From the NCBI GenBank assembly GCA_965637545.1, contig OZ281495.1, forward strand, positions 22,506,001 through 22,570,000: a stretch of 64,000 nt of DNA, given 5' to 3'. The notes under the pieces are model-generated. The model did no database searches and had not been told where the DNA came from. It saw only the letters and a program-made list of their open reading frames with translations. Source of the stretch: Phallusia mammillata (Eukaryota). Position numbers and translations under genes: made by a program. This document shows positions 53,301 to 64,000 of the stretch, one piece after another; the first letter of the stretch is position 1, and the number at the start of each line of letters is the position of its first letter.

Positions 53301-56300
53301 TTCACTTGAAAAGTTAGATTTATTTTTAGCCCGGCATGAAAACACGAAAATAGCAGTATGAGGTTTGACATCTCGATCGAATCCAATCCCGACCGGTAGT
53401 TGGATAGCGAGAAAATTTGTTTGTGATCTTCACGCTGGAAGCTACACGAGACAAACACGTCCATCAACGCGTGTAAACGAACATCTGTCGCGCGAATTTT
53501 AAATCTAATCAAGCAAACAAAACCAACGCTCCGAGACGAAAGCGACATCTCTCTTTGCGTCCGTTTCATATCGGTTCCGGTGCAAAATTTTACAGCCTCT
53601 CTGGCGCCACATCCGGTTTTCCCACGTTCATTAAGCGGCGGATCGCCGTCCTCGCATGGGATCAAACGACGCCAATCATCGCACAATAAAACCTGGTCAA
53701 CAAACGTGATTCACCGCAGCGCACGACACCTGGCAGCGATATTGCGTGTTAACGATAGATCGGGATTCGGGAGCCACAGTTGCAGGTCATATGAGGTTTG
53801 AAGACCACCTTTGATGCTAGCTGCTTTCTCACATACGGGAGACCGAAATGCTGACAATAAAAAACCTAGATGGTATATATACGCCGCAAACATCAAAGAG
53901 CCATGGTGGCTAATGTATACATATATGTAGAGTTTGTTAGTGTCCTAGGGTTTTACCATCCAAAGAAAAATCTCATAAAATAGTCTTACTTTTGTTGATT
54001 AAATTGAGTTGATAGAAGAATAGGTAATGTGGTTTTGTTGCCACAGGCTCAAAGAAACTTACATAACTTCTACCCGTTCAATGATGCAAACTGCTGGTTA
54101 TCGATTGCTTCTGATAGTTGGCAATCATTTACAAAGGGATACAAAAGGTCTCGCGGCTGGTTATTTTAAAGGCAGCGTTTTGCCAGTGGGAAAACATTGT
54201 ACCACGCCGCGCATAAATAACAGGTTACGCTGTTGCGAAGTCGGTGTTGTCGGATTATGACAATGGACGCGTAGAAGATACGCACACGTAGCATCGTATT
54301 TGAAGGGAGAGGTCATTTGCTCTGCCACCTGTTTTTACACCTGTTGTTGTCCCTAATAGCGTTTGAGGCCAGATTAAAAGTAGATGTGTGATGGTTTCAG
54401 GGACCCCATGCTCCTTTGTATCAAATAATCTGCTTACTTTTACAGCAAGGCAAGAATGAGGGTTTTGAACGAGCATATTACAATTATTGACTTATTTTTA
54501 CCCACCACCCTTTAATCACAGACGACATTTGCGATTTCGCTTTTGTACAAAAGCAGCTTGGATCTGTGTGTGCGAACAACGCTAAACGTACCCAGGTAAA
54601 ACAAAATGGCTGCAATGGTGCTTCGTGAGACAGCCCCTAAAGCTTTTTCGCTCATCAAGATTTGGCTAAACGAGCACCAGCAAGGCGCGACGGACACGTC
54701 ATCATGCGTTGCAAATGACCTATATTTACCTCCACTGGCAAATAATTGCGACAGTTTCAAAAATAAAAAGAATTTGTCAGGGCACTGAAAATATCTGCCT
54801 TCCTGCCAGGCGATCTGCGAACGAATCGGCTTACGGAGTATCCCCGAAATGTAAATCTAGATGCTTTCGAATGGCGTCATATCCTTAAGTCAAGGAGCCT
54901 CTTTACGTGGGCGTGGGCAGAGGACCTTTTCACGCAGCTGCTCTCAAATAAACAAACAATGGACTAACTCGAATAATTATAAACTACCCGTCAAAGTTTA
55001 TAGTCTGATGACTGTCGGCGCTTCGTTGCAGCTAGTGACGCCACGAGTCGATGCCGCCGCGTTAGACGTCGAGCATTTGAATAAAATAGAATTATTTTGG
55101 AGATGCATCACTGCATTGCTTTCTGATTAATGATCATGAGGCAGGTTAAACAGAAAGCGGTGGATCAAACGGTCTTGTGGAAAGGGGAGTATCGCTTTCG
55201 AGTTAAGCTGGAGCTTCGTCGGCAATCGATAAGATTAAGTCAAATTATCGTATTTGAAATCAAGTCAGGCCGTCGCGTGCTTTAACCCGAAAGTCAATGC
55301 AAGTGGACGCCCCTATAGACGCCACACAATAGACCTCTGGGATAAAGTTTCCGAACCCTTGAATGTGTCTTGGTTAATTGCCAAAAAACTTACGTATAGC
55401 TTCATGGTTTGTTGTCTGTATTGTGATATCTCAAAAATCGGAAGCGACCATTACTCATGAAGATTCGAAACAACATCAAAGTAATCTGTGGCAATATAGA
55501 TATTTTCAGGAGGTAGACAAATTCGATTTCTGATTACCTTTTGTTCCAACCCAAAGGAGCCAATTGCGATGTTTCGTGCTGGGAATCAAGCCAAAGTCCT
55601 CAAAACTAATGCATCCCACAGCGACGCGTGAGGTCAAATGTCAATTGTATTCCCACGACAACCTTAACAAGTTCATAAAAATACAACCCATATGTACACG
55701 CTTACATGTTAATTTGCATTAGCAAACTTTGTTCAACAGATGCTGGTACCTGGTAACCTGTCGAATTCTGGGGCCGACCCCTTCCGAAAGTAAAAGGGCG
55801 CACCCCATCGGCGTCAACTCAAGTGTTTGAATTCGATCCAAGCGTCAAAACTCCGCCAACTGATGGAAATCGATAGATTGTATACGGCTACTGTTTAAAC
55901 ATGGCGCGACACAACTGACAGGCACTCAACGACCTCACGAATAATTACCTTGTTTTGTTTAAAACACATTTTTTTGCGATTGGAGTGAAATTTTTAATGT
56001 GGCTTCTTAAAATCTCGATTTGTCACTTGTCATTGTTGTTCATAAAGCGTATTTTGTTTTTTTTTTGTGTGCAAAAGATGGTAAAAAGAACCTAAATCTG
56101 TTTTTCTCATTACTACCATCTCTGTTGACACGTTTTCAAGTTTATTTCCCATAAAGCATAAAACCTACTTTTTGCAAAAAAATACAGGCCACGTTATTTC
56201 TTCTCGGTTTGCAGCAAATGTGAACAATGAAACATTTTAAGGTTCCCGCTGCATCAGTCATTGGCAGAATTCCAGGACGATCTCGAAAGTTCGATGCTGC

Positions 56301-58853
56301 ATGCAGTCCGGACGTGTCGCGTCGATTTATTTGCGTTCGGCATGAAAGCCACTGAAGTCGGTGCTCGAGCACAACCGCGCGACGCGATAATGGAACATGC
56401 CGCCGCGCGAAATGACCTTGACACGCAGTCACCCCAAAATCCTTCTGGGGTTACACTCGTGGGTAAGTGGTTAAGCCGCGCAGTTAGCAACCATTAGCCA
56501 CAGTCAGTACACAAATGCGAAGGAGACCAGCCAACAACGAATAAACGCTGCTTGACGATCGTTTGTATCGTACTGGCCTTTAAAATGCGAACTGTGGCGC
56601 CCTTTGTTGCGTAGATAAGCGACAAAAGCATGTCAGCTTTAGCGTAAATTGTCCTGAAAGGTAAACACGTCAGTTTGAAGGGGTTCCACATAAATCATGT
56701 CTCCGTAGCTTTCTGTAAAAAGTACGCTATCATTTTGAGCTTGGGAGCTTCCCTTGTTTGAGCTGCACTGCAATCCAAAATGCCTGAGTGCGTGGTGGTA
56801 TGGAATTTCAGGTAGGAAGGGAAGATAAATGCGATTAAAACCCCTTGGCCTTTGATTCTCACCCCGCTTGCAGGTGTGTCTTGCCTCGCTTACCTTGCAC
56901 ATGCCTCAGGGTCAGGATCGGTGCTTAGCTGAAGGTCGAAGCTGAAGATGGAGCGTGAAAACGGTGAAGCTGAGTTCTGTTGAATTCCGTCAGCAATGCG
57001 CCGAAGGAATACTTGATATCAAATATCAAAGAGATTTCGGAACGCGTTACCCCGAACGAAGGAATGCGTGCGACAGGAGGGCTTGATGTGGTTTGAATTC
57101 CTAAGCTTTGCAAATCGGGATTGAAATTCACCAGTTTTCACCGAACACCAACAGTTGATTTTGTCTCTAAGTTGCTGGGTTATTTTGACTACCAATACAA
57201 AATGCCAAATAATTGTCGAAACATATTTTACTCCAATGTATGACTTGCCCTGTATTGTTTGAGTTCTCAACAGCTTAACAAGTGTGCACATGTTACAAAA
57301 ATTGCAGGCATTCGATAAGTTTGAGCCAAAGTTTCAAGTACAAATAAAGTGCTGTACATTTCACATCACTTACAATTCGTCATTCCATCACAGTAGTGTC
57401 TACTTTGGAGTATACCATATGCATGGGCCGCGCACGGCAAACAAGTGAATTACCTTACATGAAATGCATCAGGACCTGTGGCAACCAGAGCCAGATTATT
57501 TTAGTTGCCACCAACCCAAGAGCTGCATCACGAATGTTTTGTTTGTGTTCAAATCACGAGGCCTGACCTGTCCCCTCTCGGGCTCTTCACCGTCAAGGGT
57601 TTATGTAAATCAGACATTAACATGCGGTGGTTTAGGTGTGCATACGAGTCAGTATGGTCCAATCTAACGTGTAAGCGAGAAATATACACAGATCTTAAAA
57701 CGGAAATTCTTTGCAAATTTTTTCTCTTTTTTTAATTAACTACAAACATAAATTAACTTACAGTCTGCTTTAAGAGCTTGTCAAGTTTAACAGTTACTAT
57801 GGAAAAGCCAATTAACCTGGGGTTGTTTGTGTTCAAAATAGTAACTATCTTCGTAGTGATAACTGTTTGTTGCTTAAACCGATACGTGGGAGTGAACAGC
57901 ACGGGGCGTCTGCAAGGTTTGATTGACAGTTGTCTTGTTTGTGAAAGTGGCATTACCGTGCGATGCTAAATCAACGGAGAGCTGCAAACAAAATTAGTCG
58001 AAGACAGCGATCGCAATGCGATGGGGGATCAGCAGACTGCCGCTGCACAAACACTGTTCCTGCTTAGCGGGTTGAACCTTGGGACTGACCATCCAGCCGT
58101 AGACACCGGTGATCCCTTCACGGCCAACATCGTCGCCTTAAATTCAGTCAGCTGCGCTTTATGTCACAACAAGTCGCTTGGCGATTGCAAGTGGCCGTAA
58201 ACGGGTGAAAGGCAAGCACTGCTGCAAAATCAAGACTGAACTAAAAGCTTTTCTGTTTCCGGAATGATCTATCCTAAAGTAATGCCGGGCAAAGATAAGG
58301 GATACTTGGTTTTGTGCATGAGTTTTGTGAACTGGGTTACAACTGAAAAGGGATGTTTGAAACACGTTTTTTTTTCTGGTCAAGTGTTATAGCTATTCGT
58401 TTATCCTGGTGGCTTTGGGTTTAAATCGGTAGTCGTTTAGCTTCCGCCATAAGGACGGAAAGATTGTCAGTGAGGCATGTTCGCCACACAACGTGATCAC
58501 CACAGCAATGTCGATGTCTTATACGAAATTTGACACCGACCAGAGGAAGCACACGCACTTTTTTGACACTTTCTATTGTCACAACTCATACAGAGCAGAC
58601 GGTAAATCCGTTTCAGCCAAAAGGTCACATGTGCTTTTCTATACGGGCAGAGGAATCAGCAATTAAATGTCCGGTAAAGCATTACGCAAGGCGGGTCCAA
58701 TTTACGAAAGGTCGAGCTCATTGCCCTGCGTTACGTTACCAAGATGACTTATTCTGTTGAAGTAACTGATAATCCAGAAAGTTTTCACAAATTATTTACC
58801 ATAGTAAAGAGAAAACATCGGTGGTTTGAAAATTTTATTATAATGGTTTACGA

Positions 58854-59088
58854 CAGTGGTCGGCAACCGCCGGTCCGCGGCCCGGTACCGGTCCGCGAGG
58901 AGTTTGTTACCGGGCCGCATAACTTTTTGTAGGTTAAATGCTATGAACATTTTGCCCATATATTCCGGGGTTGATAAACTAATTTATGCGTTTTTATTGC
59001 TAAATATTTGTAGTTTTTTAAGACCGGTCCGTGGTAAAAGTTTACTTTCAAAAGCGGTCCGCAGTGCAAAAAAGTTTGCCGACCCCTG
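58854..59088. mobile_element. hAT MITE, copy 3 (inverted relative to copies 1-2)
   Basis: cagtggtcggcaacc ... gtttgccgacccctg, with a perfect 8-bp TSD GTTTACGA on both sides. Confidence 0.93.
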
Positions 59089-62000
59089 GTTTACGATACT
59101 AAGTAAAAACAAACTAATTTGGGTACAATGAAACGAGAATCAAGGATATCTTTATAATTTTATAATAACGATGTATTAACACAGAAATCGTCCTGATCCA
59201 CGGGTGCTCAACAGACGATTCCAGTCACATATATAGACATCAATTAGCTGACAAATTCAGCACACACTTAAATCAGTCTGTATATTTCTTATTGCAAACA
59301 CTTTTTTGTTTATAAAAGCTAATTAATGTTTATAATTTTATATTACAATTGATAAATATCGGTTTATTTTTTTTTTCTGCTAAAATATTTAGGCAATCAC
59401 TTTGCCGTAAATCATTTACATGTGGGTATCAATTTAAAGAAGATAATACAAGTTTTGCGAAAAAGACCTATAGATACATAGATAGGCATCCCGTTTTAGT
59501 AGCCTGATATCAATAAAGCGGGTGTTCAAGTATGAGGGCCACTCTTAAACCGAACTGATTTCTGTGCATTAAAACTGATTTTTGTGCATCAAAACCAGCT
59601 TTTGATACATATCAGCGGCATTGTGCTAACTTGTGGTAATTTTGGTGCCAATCATACCTCCGCCGTGGCGCCAGTCTCATTGAGCCACAGTTTGAGCGCA
59701 AAATCCCATTTTGTTTTGGTTCTACACCTGAGCCACGAGCAGCTGTAACATCACATGGGTCACACCTGTGTTTGCAGAAGGAACAAAAACATAAGGAATG
59801 ACACAAACGCTTCATAACACGCAACTGACACAGTGCACTGACACATGTGTCAACCGAGTTGATAATCCGTGTTTACATAGTTGATTTAAATTGTCATCCC
59901 ACACGGGTGTGTATTTGTATGTTTTCTGTGTGTAATCCACTTGCTCTTTAACGCTGCCATGTGGTTGATGTTAAACTTATACTTTCCGCTGCACGCACAC
60001 AAGAGCAATGCGTTTCACACGGGTTTGCATCGTAGTCTTATAGTTTGGCTGCAACAAAAATGTGATTGTCAAATATTTTCTAATGTGATTGCCAGATATA
60101 ATATTTAGTCATTTGATCGCCTAATTCATTTTAGGTTTTTGCAAACTACAAAGCGCATCTAATCTAACTATACTCACATCAGGTTAAGAGAAATGATTCA
60201 AACATTCGATTCACATTTCGGTCAAACTTTATCAAGAAACGATATTGTTACATTGATGTTATAAGACACTTTAGTTCAGGTTATAATCACAAAACTTGTG
60301 CTTTAATGAATACGGTAAGTTGGAAGTTAAGCTCAAATCACACAGTTTTGCCACAAATATCTACGGGTGAAGTGATTCTATAAAGAACATTGCGAAAGTA
60401 CAAGTAAGATGTCAAGCGTTTATATTGCGTGAGGTATTGGACAAAAAATGGCGCAAATAAATTAGCATTTCGAATATAATACTGTTTTGCCGCGGGTCGT
60501 TGGGGCCAATTGACGCCGACAGGCAAATATCCAAATTCATTGCCGGCGAAGCGAGAAGCAGTTATGGCGATAAAAGTGGGTGTTTCGCGAGGCAATTATC
60601 TAATAGCAAAGCAGAAATTCGGGTCCGAGGTTTCATCAGTCTAGGCACGCGACCCAATGACGTTCAGGGAATGGAATGGATGGAAGAGCGCTGATGCAAA
60701 TACGACCATCGCACGCTGTCACCCACCGAATTAAAAAAGCAAGCAGGTAAGAATGAAACAAGGGCCTCATTGATAGTAAGTGTTTGAATCAAAACAATCC
60801 AACCACGACAGATACTCGGAGGAATTCTTTAATTGTGAATAGCCTACTTGTATCGAAAGTAACTTTTCATATATTGCCGTTAATATTAATGTGGATGCCA
60901 ATGACAATTGCTGTAAGGAGAAAGGACACACTCCGGTCTTTAACCGTCGAGTTTTTAACAAGTCAGCTTAAATTAGAGTTGCTCCAGAGGATTTATACGT
61001 GCAGAGAAGAAATATCACTTATTTCTGCTTTGATTTCAGGCATCCTGGAAATGTTTCATCTGAGGACCAGAAACTTCCATATGATGGCTCGTTCCTAAGA
61101 ATCGCGTGAGAACACCTGGAAGGAGCGGCCGAAAGCGATTTTTCAGTCAAGCCTCTTTGTTTGACCGCCGCAAATTAGTTAAGGACTAGTTTGAACGCGT
61201 GTGGCATGGCCGTCGCGAAATGTATTGCTCTTCGCACCACTGGACCATGAAGCGACGCTAAATAAAGCCCAACTTTCACTAAAAACATCGTCGCACGCGT
61301 GTCACGACGAGAGCAAGTCATCTCAAACCGCATAAACTAGATTCGATTTATTAATTGACGTCAGACGTTTGATTGCGAAATCTCCAACCACATCGAGCGG
61401 CTCGTTTCTCAGATCTTTCTTCCCCTACTTTTGCGGCTCAGCATCGTGAAAGACATTTGTTATGTGAGGCCGCAAGGCGCCGAATGTTATTAATTTCTCG
61501 CATCATTTGCGAGACGTGAACCGACGCGTGCGGCATCTGGCTTGTTTTGATCCTGTCAAGTCGACGGGCTTCGAGCCCCCGCCAACAAGCCGTGCGCAAA
61601 CGGCAACACGCGACCGCGCGGGTCGAAGGGGCTGGCGGGTCTTGATTCGGGAGCAGCACGGATCGCGGCTGCGCTTAAGGCCCCTTAGCTTGTTTCACTG
61701 AGATTGAATGCCGCTGAAGACAACGGGCCACTAAACATCAGCTGCGCGGAGAAACCCAACACTGTTCCAGGGGGGCGCGGACAACTTTCACTGTCGAGCT
61801 GCAGGTGTTCTGTCAACGAGCGTGAAATCAAAAGCGCCTGTATGGGTCAAAGGGAAAACGAACAGCAGTGGACAAACAAATGCTTGTTTTACTAGCGCAA
61901 CTAGGCCTGTGTTTTTGGTCACACTTCATGGCCACCAAACCTAAATATCACTTCAGCTGCCTTGTGTAGCAAAGCGTTGCAGCAGGGCCTCAACAAAAAG

Positions 62001-63000
62001 TTAACTTACTGACGACAAGTCATGGTAAAAAGGAAACTTGACACCGCCACTGATGTGAACTTAGACTCAACAACTAATGCTGACAGGAAACAGTAGCTAA
62101 AAAGCGTGGTGCATCCGGGAAGCAATTTCCAAATTACCCTCTTCCGTTCTACTTCTTAAAAGCGAGAGGTGGCACGATTCTTTCTGCCACATTTAATAAT
62201 TGGTTAAAATACAATTTGTAAATAAAGCTTTGACTTAGGTTTCTAAATATAAAGCCTGAAGCCATAATTTTGGCCTGGAGTTAAATACTTTTTTTTTCAA
62301 ATGATCACGCAAGTTAACAAAACCCACACAGCTTAGTCGGAATCAGGGATTGTTTTAATTTCTAACTGTGCCCACTGTATCATTTTGACAGTTTTACCGA
62401 TAAAGGCTTTAAGGGTGTGTGAGGTTTCGTGACATCCAATCACCGACGGACACGCGATGTGAGGCGTTAAACATTATTAACGTTTCTGGACAACAAAGAC
62501 CGCCGATTCGACTGGCAATGGACACGCTCGTTTGCAAACGGTCGTCTGGATTGAACCGCCCATCAACTGAAATGCTTTCGATTTCGGTCATGCCGTTCAA
62601 ATAAAGGTCGTTATACTAATTCTGGCATCCACCCTTGTGTTTTTATTTTTTGAACTAGTTGAGTCTATGTTTAGATGCTTAAATAGTCGACGACAGAGTC
62701 CTATAATTTCAAATTTAAAAATATACAGAAGAAATTGTTTTATAAATTACATTTGTCCTTGCTTATATATTTCGATTGTGGTTAATTTTGTTTCGAAAAT
62801 TGGCAAATAAATAATGATATTATTACACAAAGAAATCCAATACATTTTTATCAAATTGCGACAGAAGCTGATTAGAGAAGCTTGCCTTTTTAATTAATTT
62901 ATATGGTGGAAAGTTCTTAAGCAACCTTAAATATGTTTTTTGACGTAAACGATAATTCACAAACACTAATTTCGTTTTTTGTCGAAGGATTCATCTACAT

Positions 63001-63580
63001 CAGTGGTCTTCAACCTTTTTTATAGGCGACCACAATTTAAGGGAAAATGAAATCAGAATTTACATGCGACCCCATTTTTTTCAACACTGAGAAAAATGTT
63101 TTAAGTAATGCTGAACCGCAATAACAATTACACAAACTGTACATAATTACCAACAAATATGGCGATACAAAAGTATTACGAAAAAAGTTTTTAAGGCGTT
63201 TCATTAAAGACATAAACCCAATTTTGGGAACACAAACTTGTCAAATTGTTCAACATTTAGTTTGCACTGTTAGTGATGGTTGCGCCTGTATACTGTCCAC
63301 GAATTTTTGAAGCCGCGGCTTGACTTTGCACAAGCTTAACCGCATGTTATGATCCACTTCCAATCGATTACGATGTTTCGTTTTTAATACACTCATTGCA
63401 ATAAATCCTGCTTCACACAGCCACGTGGTTAAAAACGGGATTAGAAAAATTTGGCATAGTTGGGTACATAGGCGCCGAGTTTTGCAAAAATGCAAGGTGG
63501 CGGATTTGAAATATGACGTCATCTTATGTGACGTCACTAATGCGTGCCACCACGTGAGCTCAAACTCAAAGCCCAACAAA
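63001..63580 (-). mobile_element. hAT Charlie/Buster transposon remnant with transposase C-terminal dimerisation region
   Basis: FLIPFLTTWLCEAGFIAMSVLKTKHRNRLEVDHNMRLSLCKVKPRLQKFV matches the Buster/ZBED5-type C-terminus (PFxTTYLCExGFS..KTKxRNRL). TIR-like cagtggtcttcaacc at 63001. The rest of the transposase is absent. Confidence 0.85.
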
Positions 63581-64000
63581 TTTCACATAGAATGCAAAGT
63601 TTGTCAAAATCATAAAAAAAAATTGAAAATAGTATTTATTTGGAACACTTTGCTGTGCAACGTTTATCACTGCTTTAGCAGCGTTTAAAAAATGTTTTGT
63701 CATGTTGTTTTTGCTTCATATCACCTTAGATAACCATTTATTACAGCACAATCGAATTGTACACAATAATGGCCAAACATTCACTGGCAACAATTATGTG
63801 TTGGACCTCATAAACAAGGCATTAATCTAAACAGGTTGCAGTTTTTTTGCTGTTTTTTTCGCCAGCACGCTTGTTAAGAAGCAAAATCGTTCCTGATTTT
63901 TCTCATATTTTACAATTTTTCGTATGATACCGCTACAAACAAACCAAAATATCCATGGTGGCCGCCACCGTGCTTTACAAACCCAAGGTGGCGGCGCCAC

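Noticed and set aside
46018-53686. Longer ORFs in the ERG upstream region (46018-46527, 47934-48419, 48217-48654, 52807-53250, 53279-53686)
   Set aside because: Random-looking composition, mostly non-ATG starts, overlapping on both strands in GC-richer DNA, and no homology recognised.

Overview
Eukaryotic, AT-rich, short-intron genomic DNA. An invertebrate chordate, probably an ascidian, is inferred from gene content and intron style. The left third is a 31-exon voltage-gated Na+ channel alpha-subunit gene (+, ~1598-23483, DEKA filter). Two of its introns each hold a complete antisense gene. One is an 11-exon DC-STAMP-domain DCST1/2-like gene (13635-17223). The other is not visible as a single ORF in the track: a 5-exon gene with all introns in phase 0 (7663-9248) encoding a 201-aa secreted 6-Cys protein. 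It has a TATA box, a 3'UTR AUUUA cluster and motif-level resemblance to type I interferon / class II helical cytokines, and is the top candidate novel system here. To the right lie a 275-aa orphan gene (-), a fully delimited LTR element (27029-31431; TSD, PBS, PPT) whose only recognisable cargo is a decayed herpes-gB/chuvirus-like class III fusion glycoprotein, an intronless CREBZF-like bZIP gene (-), an ERG/FLI1-family ETS gene (-, first exon unresolved), several hAT/pogo/L1 remnants and ~18 kb with no recognisable coding sequence. No rRNA, tRNA or CRISPR array was seen. All gene models were spliced by hand, and homologies are by recognition, not database search.
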